A stretch of 64,000 nucleotides of DNA, from the NCBI GenBank assembly GCA_040387375.1, contig JAZKDW010000011.1:94837-158836 (forward strand), given 5' to 3'. How positions within the stretch are numbered: the stretch's first letter is position 1; every line of letters begins with the position of its first letter. Positions 9,267-18,000 of the stretch are shown one piece after another. This DNA comes from Pseudomonadota bacterium. Lineage in GTDB: Bacteria; Pseudomonadota; Gammaproteobacteria; Burkholderiales; Burkholderiaceae_D. The notes below the pieces were generated by a model. It did not search any database. It saw only the letters and a list, made by a program, of their open reading frames with translations, and was not told the DNA's origin. The translations under genes were made by a program, and so were the position numbers.

Positions 9267-10721
9267 TTATAGTTTGATACAGACGTTACGCAATTCCGTG
9301 TAGAACTCGAGCGAATGAACACCGCCTTCACGGCCGATACCTGACTGTTTGGCGCCGCCGAATGCTGTACGCAGGTCGCGCAGGAACCAGGAGTTGACCC
9401 AGCAGATGCCGACATCGAGCATACTGCCCAAGCGATGTGCGACACCGAGATTCTGTGTCCACACGCTTGCCGCGAGACCGTAAGGAGTCGCATTGGCCAG
9501 CGCAAGCACTTCTTCTTCCGTGTCGAATGGCGCGATATGGCAGCACGGACCAAAGATCTCTTCGCGGATCACGGCTGAACTTTCGGGCAGGCCGGTCCAG
9601 ATGGTGGGCTGGATCCAGGCACCCTCGGCAAGTTCCGCCGGCATCGCCGGCACACCGCCGCCGGTGACGATCGTCGCCCCCTGCGTTTTTGCCAATTCAA
9701 AATAGTGAAGCACTTTTTTGCGGTGCTCGAGTGAGACCAGGGGACCGAAGTTCACGCCGGGCGCAGTCGGATGGCCGATCTTGAATGCTTCGGCGCGCTC
9801 CTTGAGGGCCGCCACGAAGCGCTCGAAAATCGGCCGCTGCACGTAGACCCGTTCGGTGCCGAGGCAGACCTGGCCACTGTTCTCGAAGGTCGCCCGCGCA
9901 ATGCCGGCGACTGCCTTGTCGAAGTCGGCGTCAGCAAACACGATGCCGGGATTTTTGCCGCCCAGCTCGAGCGATACCGGGCGCACGCCGTTGGCGGCGG
10001 CCTTCATGATTGCCTCGCCGGTGCTGGTCTCGCCGGTGAATGTGATGCCGTCGACCTGCGGATGGGAAGTCAGGAATTCGCCAGCCGACTCGGGACCAAA
10101 TCCATGCACCACGTTGAAGACGCCGGGCGGCACGCCGACTTCGTTCATCACTTCGCCCAACAAGGTGGTGGTGGCAGGTGTTTCTTCAGATGGCTTGACG
10201 ACGACCGTGTTGCCGCATGCGAGCGCGGGGCCGACCTTCCATGTCATCAGCAGCAGCGGCAGGTTCCACGGACACACGACGCCGATCACACCCCGTGGCG
10301 TGCGCACGGTGTAATTCAGCGCGCGGCCATTGTCGGGTGTATCCATCGCAAAATTTTCGCCGGGCACATTGCGGATCAGGTCGGCAAACACCTTGAAATT
10401 GGCGGCGCCGCGCGGAATGTCCAGATGACTGGCCAGCGAGTAAGGTTTGCCGGTATCGGCGATCTCGGCGGCGATGAATTCTTCCGCGCGGCGCAGGATG
10501 CCGTTGGCAATCGCATGCAGCATGTCGGCCCGTTCCTGCACCTTCATCTTGCCCCACGGCCCGCTCAATGCGGCGCGCGCCGCCTTGACCGCGGCGTCAA
10601 CATCCTGCCGGCTCGCTTCATGCACCATGCCGACCAGGCTGTTGTCGGCGGGATTGCGCTTTTCAAATGTTTTGGCGGAAGCGACCCACTGGCCGTTGAT
10701 GAAATTTTTAAAATCAGTCAT
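9267..10721 (-). CDS. NAD+-dependent aldehyde dehydrogenase, 2-hydroxymuconic-semialdehyde dehydrogenase type (DmpC/XylG)
   Basis: 485 aa from the ATG at 10721 (MTDFKNFINGQWV). It carries the ALDH motifs ELGGKNP and ENSGQVCLGTERVYV. The track start at 10787 is an over-extension. Confidence 0.85.
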   Translation of the reverse strand: MTDFKNFINGQWVASAKTFEKRNPADNSLVGMVHEASRQDVDAAVKAARAALSGPWGKMKVQERADMLHAIANGILRRAEEFIAAEIADTGKPYSLASHLDIPRGAANFKVFADLIRNVPGENFAMDTPDNGRALNYTVRTPRGVIGVVCPWNLPLLLMTWKVGPALACGNTVVVKPSEETPATTTLLGEVMNEVGVPPGVFNVVHGFGPESAGEFLTSHPQVDGITFTGETSTGEAIMKAAANGVRPVSLELGGKNPGIVFADADFDKAVAGIARATFENSGQVCLGTERVYVQRPIFERFVAALKERAEAFKIGHPTAPGVNFGPLVSLEHRKKVLHYFELAKTQGATIVTGGGVPAMPAELAEGAWIQPTIWTGLPESSAVIREEIFGPCCHIAPFDTEEEVLALANATPYGLAASVWTQNLGVAHRLGSMLDVGICWVNSWFLRDLRTAFGGAKQSGIGREGGVHSLEFYTELRNVCIKL

Positions 10722-10738
10722 TTTCTTTTCTCTGCTTG

Positions 10739-11446
10739 TCAAATCAGGCCTGCGGCTTCCGGATCGCCGGCCGTAAGGTATTCCCACATCCGTTCATAGA
10801 TCCGTCCGGTGCCGACCGCGCGCATGAGCGCTTCCTCTGGCGACAGCACGGGTCCGCTTTCTGCCAGGCCCGCGCTGCGCAACTGCAGTTCAATCCGGGC
10901 TGCGTCTTCCAGATACCAGGTCAGGACAACTGCCTGTTCGAGCGTGGGCGCAGCAACCACCGCGCCATTGCCGCGCATGACCACCGCCGGCTGTGTGCCC
11001 AGCGTCTGCGCCACCCCCGCCGCCTGTGCTTCGGTACGCACCAGTTGCGGATCGTCCCAGAGCGGGACGCCGGGCGAAAAATAGGAACCCATGCCATGCC
11101 GCGGACTGGGTGTCACGCGGGCGGCGGAAAGCGTCATCACATCGCGCGGCATGCTGCGCACGATGCCGCCGATGTCGGGCCGGCTGCGATAAATCTGCTG
11201 ATGAATCCGCACCTCGCCCAGCACACCATCCGGCAGATCGCCATGGACAGCAACGACCGTGCCGTCTTCAAGAGGCGCGATCAGGCTCATCGGCCTGGCG
11301 GCGCAGACCAGGAACCGCTCTGCATCAAGACGCATGCTGCAATGGCCATAGGCGTGCACCAGGTTGGCCCTTGCCAGCGCCCGCGCCGCAACACGCACGA
11401 GGCACTGCTGACGCGCGTCGGTTTTTGTGGAAACTGTTGCCGTCAT
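10739..11446 (-). CDS. Class II aldolase/adducin-fold protein, probable ring-fission-product decarboxylase (CmtD/DhbB-like)
   Basis: It aligns by eye with FucA-family proteins (GHCSMR; GEVRIHQQIYRSRPDIGGIV; MRGNGAVV). The ATG at 11446 overlaps the dioxygenase stop (ATGA). Function is inferred from its position between the extradiol dioxygenase and the semialdehyde dehydrogenase. Confidence 0.7.
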   Translation of the reverse strand: MTATVSTKTDARQQCLVRVAARALARANLVHAYGHCSMRLDAERFLVCAARPMSLIAPLEDGTVVAVHGDLPDGVLGEVRIHQQIYRSRPDIGGIVRSMPRDVMTLSAARVTPSPRHGMGSYFSPGVPLWDDPQLVRTEAQAAGVAQTLGTQPAVVMRGNGAVVAAPTLEQAVVLTWYLEDAARIELQLRSAGLAESGPVLSPEEALMRAVGTGRIYERMWEYLTAGDPEAAGLI

Positions 11447-12306
11447 TTCTTGAATTCCGGAATATCGGGCTTGGATCCCCACATGCAGAATGAGGAATTC
11501 GTGCTGGGAAAATTGCGCGGCCGGTAGGTTTTTTCTTCTTCCGCGGTGATCAGGCGCACGCCGGTCGAGTACTCGAAGATCATGCCGTCCGGGCCGTCGA
11601 AGTAAAGGAATCGCGCGCCGGATGTCGGATGCCGGCCAGGGCCGAAGCGGATCGGAATGCCACGCTCGACCAGGATGTAATAGGCGCGCATGACATCATC
11701 GATGCTCTCCACCTGATGATTGATGTGCTGGACACCGGCGAAGGTCGACGGAAACAGCGCAATCTTGTGATGGACCTCGTCGATGCGCAACAACGGCGCC
11801 TCGCCGATCCTGTCGCTCACCCTGGCGCCGAGCAGCCCGGTCCAGAAAGCCTCGTCGCGCCGGGCATCCAGCGTGCGCAAGCCGATGTGGCTGAAGCCGG
11901 TAATGCCGGCGTCGCGCGAGGGGAAATAGCGGCGGCCGCTGTACTGCGCTGCATACACGAGGTCAATGCTGTTGCCGGACAAGTCCTTGAAATTGATGAG
12001 GTCGCGCGCGCAGCGCTCTTCCGCTTCATTGGCAGTACCGCGCGTGACCCGGCATCCGTTTTTCTCGAGCAGATCGGCGGCGCGATCCAGCTCTTCCTGC
12101 GTATCGACTTCGAAAGCGGAAGTCTGGTCGCGCGGGTCGCCTTCAAAATAGCAAAGCGTGTGGTCGCGGTGATCGGAACGAAAGTAGGCTGTCTTTGCGG
12201 TTTTCCGCGCCACTTCGAGGCCAAGCACATCGGTCGCGAAGCGTACCGATGTTTCGAGATCCTTGGTCCCCAGCCTGACATAACGTATGTCATGCAAATG
12301 AATCAT
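11443..12306 (-). CDS. Type I extradiol ring-cleavage dioxygenase (VOC superfamily; 2,3-dihydroxybenzoate/2,3-dihydroxy-p-cumate 3,4-dioxygenase-like)
   Basis: 287-aa two-module VOC protein (MIHLHDIRYVRLGTKDLE..; GFSHIGLRT..; HINHQVES..; FEYS). It is the first gene of the operon. Substrate is inferred from the adjacent decarboxylase. Confidence 0.8.
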   Translation of the reverse strand: MIHLHDIRYVRLGTKDLETSVRFATDVLGLEVARKTAKTAYFRSDHRDHTLCYFEGDPRDQTSAFEVDTQEELDRAADLLEKNGCRVTRGTANEAEERCARDLINFKDLSGNSIDLVYAAQYSGRRYFPSRDAGITGFSHIGLRTLDARRDEAFWTGLLGARVSDRIGEAPLLRIDEVHHKIALFPSTFAGVQHINHQVESIDDVMRAYYILVERGIPIRFGPGRHPTSGARFLYFDGPDGMIFEYSTGVRLITAEEEKTYRPRNFPSTNSSFCMWGSKPDIPEFKK

Positions 12307-12496
12307 TTTTCATGGCCTTTCTGGAAAACCTGTCTTGCAGGAAATTGCTCGTAAAAGTGTTATTCAGAATAAACATTAAAAATATCGGCGTCAATATTAA
12401 ATCTCGAGAATTGCGATTAATCTTGGTTTAATTTATGAATGCGCTTAAAATTCAATGTACAAACTGTCTTCCGGGAAGACGAAAGCCTGACCATCA

Positions 12497-13234
12497 ATGC
12501 CCATGCTAGAAAACCTTGCAAAACCAACATCCGAAAAGCAGCCACAGACATCCAGCACCCTGGTAAAAACTGCTTATGCCCATTTACGGCGCGATATCAT
12601 CGAGGGACGGCTCGCGCCCGGATCAAGGTTGCGCGTCGAGCATTTGAAGGATTCGTACGGGTTGGGAGCAGGCACGTTGCGGGAAGCGTTAACCTTGCTG
12701 GTATCGGATGCCCTGGTGGTATCCCACAGCCAGCGCGGCTTCCATGTGACCCCGATTTCCATCTCCGACTTTTTCGATATCACGCAGACTCGGATCGTGC
12801 TGGAAACCGATGCGCTGCGTCAATCGATCAGGGATGGCGATGATGTCTGGGAGGGTCGGGTGATCGCGGCGTTTCATCGGCTCACACGCGCGGAGGAGCG
12901 CCTGGCGGACAGCCGGGTCGAAGGTTTTAATGAGTGGGAAGAGCGCAACCGTGAATTTCATCACGCACTGATCAGCGCCTGCACCTCACGCTGGACGCAT
13001 CATTTCCTGGGCCTGCTGTACCAGCAGGCGGAACGTTATCGCCGTCTGGTCGTCACGCGCCAGCCAATTCCGCGCGATGTACATGGCGAGCATCAGATCA
13101 TCGTCGACGCCACGCTGAATCGGGACGCAGACCGCGCTGCCGACATATTGGCGCAGCACATCTTGATGACTTACGACGCCGTCAAACAGCTGCCGCCGGA
13201 TTTATTCGAAGGGGCGGCCCAGGTGTCGGACTGA
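12497..13234 (+). CDS. GntR-family (FadR/FCD subfamily) transcriptional regulator
   Basis: 245-aa ORF with an N-terminal winged HTH (AYAHLRRDIIEGRLAPGSRLRVEHLKDSYGLGAGTLREAL) and a helical C-terminal domain. It is divergent from the catabolic operon across an AT-rich 190-bp spacer. Confidence 0.85.
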   Translation: MPMLENLAKPTSEKQPQTSSTLVKTAYAHLRRDIIEGRLAPGSRLRVEHLKDSYGLGAGTLREALTLLVSDALVVSHSQRGFHVTPISISDFFDITQTRIVLETDALRQSIRDGDDVWEGRVIAAFHRLTRAEERLADSRVEGFNEWEERNREFHHALISACTSRWTHHFLGLLYQQAERYRRLVVTRQPIPRDVHGEHQIIVDATLNRDADRAADILAQHILMTYDAVKQLPPDLFEGAAQVSD

Positions 13235-13451
13235 GCTCGATTTTATCCATTCAGCTCGCATGGCAAAGCGAATCGATAAAACGATCCAGCGAAGGGCGGG
13301 GAATGTTTATCAGGTCGGGGGTGATGCAGCGTGCCTGGAGGGATATCGACGTAGTTCCCGTGCTAGCGGGTTATGGATTCCCGCTTTCGCTGGAATGACG
13401 GTAGTGAGAGTGGAGATCGTACAAATTACCACCGTCATTCCCGCGCAGGCG

Positions 13452-14967
13452 CTAACCTATACCCATATCTTTGCAACGCATGTCCTATCGCTGAATCAAA
13501 GCGGGTATGAGTTGCACGGAAAAAGGAGATGGACATGGTCGCGGCGGCAATGCCAGAGCAAGAGTATTTCATTGGGGAATTTGGAGATAAGCGCTTAAGC
13601 AGAACCGGCGCGCTGTTGTACAGCCGGATGGTAGAGCAGGAAACCGTCTGCCTACGACGATTGGGACGGGACTGGGCAACGGAAAAGCGGTTTGGCCGCT
13701 GGTTGCATAATCCGAACGTCACCCGACAGGAAATCATCAGAGAAAGCTGCCTGAAAACCGGGAAGTTGGCAACGGGATTGTCGGTGCTGGCCATCCAGGA
13801 TACGAGCGAGCTGAACTATCAAAAGCACAGCAGGCGCAGCGCCGGTTTGGGCAAGGTGGGAAATAACAAGGATGCGGGGCTGTTCATTCACCCGGTCCTG
13901 GTGTTGGATGCCCGAAGTGGGGCGTGCCTGGGTTTGGCGCATCAGCATGCCTGGGTCAGGACCAAGGCCGCCGCGGCCGACTACACGAATTTGCCGATTG
14001 AAGAAAAGGAATCGTGGCGCTGGCTACAGGCAGCGCAAGCGGCCAAAAAATGTCTGGACAAGGCAGAGCAGATTACCATTGTTGGGGACAGGGAAAGTGA
14101 CATTTACGAAGAATGGGATCGGATTCCGGACGGCCGCACCCATTTGCTCACGCGCGTATGCCGGGACCGCAAGCTTGCCGACGGCACCAACCTGTTTGAC
14201 TGGCTGGAGGCGCAGCCCGCAATGGCCTGTTATGAATTTGAGGTGGCGGCGCGCTCGGCCAATGAGAGTTATGTGTCGGCTGGCGGGCGCAATGGCGGCA
14301 GTGGCAAACGCACCGCCCATCGAGCGCAGATGGAAATTCGCTATGGACAGGTAAGCATTGCGCGGCCAGCCAAAAGCAAGGCGGTCCAGAAAAGCATTAC
14401 TCTGTGCGTTGTTGAAGTGCGGGAGCTAGGGCAAAGTGTGGTGGAAGGCGAAGAGCCGGTCCATTGGCGGTTATTGACGACCCATCCAATTCAAGGAGTG
14501 GAAGACGCATTGCAAATAGTGGACTGGTACCGCCAACGCTGGCAAATCGAGCAGTTGTTTCGCACCCTGAAAAAGCAGGGGCTGGATATGGAATCGAGTC
14601 AGGTGGAAGAAGGGGAAAACCTGATGAAACTGGCTAGCGCGGCACTGCAGGCGGCGGTCCGCACGCTGCAATTGACGGCGGCGCGGGAAGGAAAAACGGA
14701 TCGTCCTGCGACGGATGTGTTCGAGAAGGACGATATTGAGGTGCTGGAAAACCTCCAGCCGCAACTGGAAGGGCGCACGGACAAGCAGAAGAACCCCCAC
14801 CAGCAGGGAAAGTTGGCGTGGGCCGCCTGGATCATCGCCCGATTGGGTGGCTGGAAAGGATATGCCAGCCAGGTCAAGCCTGGACCGATCACTATGCTTG
14901 AAGGTCTACAACGCTTTTACGCCATTGCACAGGGCTGGAGACTTGCAAAGATGTGGGTATAGGTTAG
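13452..14967 (+). mobile_element. IS4-family insertion sequence (IS50/Tn5-like), apparently intact
   Basis: 1516 bp. The terminal inverted repeats CTAACCTATACCCATATCTTTGCAA (13452-13476) and TTGCAAAGATGTGGGTATAGGTTAG (14943-14967) match 24/25. It is flanked by the direct repeat CGCGCAGGCG (13442-13451 and 14968-14977). A single transposase ORF ends inside the right IR. Confidence 0.9.
13535..14962 (+). CDS. IS4-family DDE transposase (Tn5/IS50 Tnp-like)
   Basis: It has the YREK signature Y-x2-R-x3-E-x6-K in YRQRWQIEQLFRTLK and DDE candidates in AIQDTSEL and VGDRESDIY. It resembles Tn5 Tnp by eye (RWLHNPNVT, EKESWRWL, WAAWIIARLGGW), and its ~475-aa length matches Tn5 Tnp. AGGAG favours the ATG at 13535 over 13529. 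Confidence 0.9.
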   Translation: MVAAAMPEQEYFIGEFGDKRLSRTGALLYSRMVEQETVCLRRLGRDWATEKRFGRWLHNPNVTRQEIIRESCLKTGKLATGLSVLAIQDTSELNYQKHSRRSAGLGKVGNNKDAGLFIHPVLVLDARSGACLGLAHQHAWVRTKAAAADYTNLPIEEKESWRWLQAAQAAKKCLDKAEQITIVGDRESDIYEEWDRIPDGRTHLLTRVCRDRKLADGTNLFDWLEAQPAMACYEFEVAARSANESYVSAGGRNGGSGKRTAHRAQMEIRYGQVSIARPAKSKAVQKSITLCVVEVRELGQSVVEGEEPVHWRLLTTHPIQGVEDALQIVDWYRQRWQIEQLFRTLKKQGLDMESSQVEEGENLMKLASAALQAAVRTLQLTAAREGKTDRPATDVFEKDDIEVLENLQPQLEGRTDKQKNPHQQGKLAWAAWIIARLGGWKGYASQVKPGPITMLEGLQRFYAIAQGWRLAKMWV

Positions 14968-15041
14968 CGCGCAGGCGGGAATCCAGGCTGAGCTTGCATC
15001 ACGATGTCTTCATGCCGATCCCAACAGGCTTGACCGCGACA

Positions 15042-18000
15042 TCACTCAACCGGCGTCTTCTTGTTGGCAAACTCGCCAACAATCCTGAGCAGATCCGCTT
15101 CCTGATAAGGCTTGCCGAGATATTCGTTGACCCCAAGCTCCATTGCGTAGTTGCGGTGTTTGGTGGCGGTGCGCGACGTGATCATGATGATGGGAACATG
15201 ACGCGTGCGTTCATCGCTGCGCACGTTGCGTGTCAGGTCGAAGCCGTCCATGCGCGGCATTTCGATATCGACCAGCATGACGTCAGGCGTGATCGACTGC
15301 AATTGCTCCAGCGCGTCGACCCCGTCTTTTGCCAGCACAACCTGATAACCTTCGCGCGCCAGGAAACGCTGCGTGACACGCCGCACTGTCAATGAATCGT
15401 CCACGACCATCACGATATGCTGCGTACGCAAGCCTTGCACCGGTTGCGCTTTGGCGACGGCTGCGGTCGGCAAAGCCATCTCGGCAACCGCCCCCATATC
15501 ACCGGCGGCACCCATGCCTTGTGCACGCGGCAGGCGTGCCGTGTTCTGGTTTGTCCGTTGCGCCAGCGGAACCGGGTCAAGAATCAGCACAATATCGCCC
15601 GAGCCCATGACGGTGGCGCCGGCAACACCCACCATGCGCGCCAACTGCGGGCCGATATTCTTCACCACCACCTCGCGGTTGCCGATGACTTCATCGACGT
15701 GGATGGCAACACGGTCATGACCACTCTTCAGGATCACCATCGGAGAATACTGCTGCGCCAATGGCGTGGCGTTCAGGTCGCCCAACAATGTCGACAGGTA
15801 GAACATGGGCACCCGGTTGTTCTGCCAGGTCACGGCACCCTCATTGTAGGCGGCGGCCAGCGGATTTGCCTTCAGTTGCTGCACCTGCTCCACCAATACG
15901 GATGGCACTGCATATGTCGTGCCGCCGGTAGAAAGAAGAACCACCTGCGTGACCGCCAGCGTCAATGGCAGCTGGATCGTGAATTTCGCGCCCTTGCCCT
16001 CCTCGCTGACGATGGAAATACGGCCGCCGAGCGCAGCCGCTTCGGAACGCACCACATCCATGCCGACACCCCGTCCCGCCAATTCGGTGACTTCATGCGC
16101 CGTTGAGAATCCAGGATGGAAAATCAGGTCCTTCAATTGTGCATCGGATGTTTCCGAGTCGTCGGTCAGCAAGCCGGTAGCCTTGGCTTTCTGGCGAATC
16201 CGGTCGAGATGCAAACCCTGGCCATCATCGGAGAATTGAATCACGACTTCATTTCCCTCCTGCCGGATCTCAACCAGCAGCTCACCCGTCTCGCTCTTGC
16301 CGGCAGCAAGACGCTCCTCGGCTGATTCGATGCCATGGACTATCGAATTGCGCAACAAATGCTCGAAGGGGCCAGCCATTTTTTCCAGCACGCTGCGGTC
16401 GATCTCCACAGCGCTGCCGCGAATATCAAGATTGATACGCTTGCCGATTTCCTTGGAAGCCTGGCGCGTAACACGATACAGGCGCTCCGAAATGCTGGCG
16501 AACTGCACCATGCGCACGCGCATCAGGTCCTGTTGCAGATCGCGCGTCAGACGTCCCTGTGCGCTCAGGTCGATGGTGGCGCCGTCGACGGTCCTGCTCA
16601 GATTCTGCTGTACGGAGGCCACGTCGTTGACGCTCTCGGCCATCATGCGCGTGAGTTCCTGCAAACGTGTGAAGCGATCAAACTCCAGCGGATCGAATTC
16701 GCGGTCTACCGAATGCGCCATCTGCGACGCCATCTGCGATTCCGCCTGAATTTCAATCTCGCGCAACTGGCCGCGCAGGCGCGACACATTTTCAGTCAAT
16801 TCGGACAAGGATAGTCGCAGCGTGTCGATTTCCGTTTCCACTCTTGAACGGGAGATCGATACTTCACCCGCCTGGTTTACCAACCGGTCCAGGATGTCGG
16901 CCCGTACCCGCACCATCGGCACGTTGGCTCCGGAGGGCGCAACACCGCGGACGGAAGCCATGGACTCCAGCGGCGCCGGCGTCACCAGGACATTGCCTGT
17001 GACAGCGGCTAACGGTTTGACAGCGTCACGCGGCTGCGGCGCTTCATGCGGCACGCCGCTTTTCCCGGCGGCTGGGTTGACGGCAGCCGGATTCTGCAAC
17101 TGATCAAACAGATGCAAGCCAAGATCGAGACGGCCAAGCAATTCTTCAATCGCGTCCGGCGAATGTGTCGCCGCATGCGTGATCTTCTCGACGCGGCTTT
17201 CCATCTCGTGCATATGCTGGCCGAGCGCCATCGCCCCTGCCATCCTCGCACTGCCCTTGATGGTGTGTAGCAAACGTAATAGCTGAGGCGCAAAATTCGT
17301 TGCGGCAGGCTCCTGCTTCCACGACCTCAGCAGTAAGCCCATCTGAGGCAAAATATCACTACCCTCTTCGAGGAATACCGGCAGCAAATCCTTGTCAAGG
17401 TCATCTTGCGGCGTCAAGTCCCGCGAGATCATCACTTCTTGCTCTTGTTCCTGCTCCTGCACCGCCAGAGCAGACAACTCTTCCTCTTTGTCATCCGGAG
17501 CGGACGAGCCGGGTACCGAATCATCGGCCCTTCTCTCCACCAGAAGCGCAAGGTGTTCGGCATCCGCTTCATTGCTCGCCAAAACAGAAGCACGTGTATC
17601 GGATTCGATTTTTTTAGCGCGAATGACAAAATCTTGCCGCAGGCGCTCGAGCTCCCTGACCCGCTGTGGTTCATGCGCCGGCATTTCTCCCAACGCAAAC
17701 ATTTGCAGCATCTGCTTCACGCACGCCACGCCACGCTCAAGCATGTCGTATTCGGCGGCGGTGACCGGCACAGGTTGGCGCGCCAGGGTTTGCAACACCA
17801 TTTCAAATGCTTGCGCTACTTCTTGCAGGGGCTCGAATCCGATGGTGGCGGAACTGCCAGCCAGGGAGTGGGCGGCGTGAACGGCGAGGATATTGACACC
17901 GCGTTCCGGTTCGTGACGCCACTCCGCCAGGTCATTCGACAAAAGCCGCGATAGCTCATCTGTTTCCGCCAAATAAATATTATGCAAGGGCAGACTGATC

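Larger units (their letters stand above)
13231..15036. repeat. Mosaic intergenic repeat, copy a (NIME/dRS3-like), split by the IS (13231-13451 + 14968-15036)
   Basis: It shares long near-identical modules with 27638-27920 and 59535-59728. It contains ATTCCC-N8-GGGAAT-type palindromes at 13377-13396 and, split by the IS, at 13437-13451/14968-14982. Confidence 0.85.

Noticed and set aside
12307-12496. Candidate GntR operator sites in the AT-rich divergent promoter region: TGTTATTCAGAATAAACA at about 12356-12373 and GTCTTCCGGGAAGAC at 12466-12480
   Set aside because: The palindromes are imperfect and I cannot match them convincingly to the FadR-type T.GT...AC.A consensus. They are too speculative to list as features without comparative data.
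13260-13598. ORFs inside the mosaic repeats: 13260-13598, 27705-27908 and 59682-59987, with peptides such as WIPAFAGMTV and SFPCKRESRL
   Set aside because: They are translations of the ATTCCC-N8-GGGAAT palindromes. They are not conserved as proteins between the copies, since the frames differ, and they have no SD.
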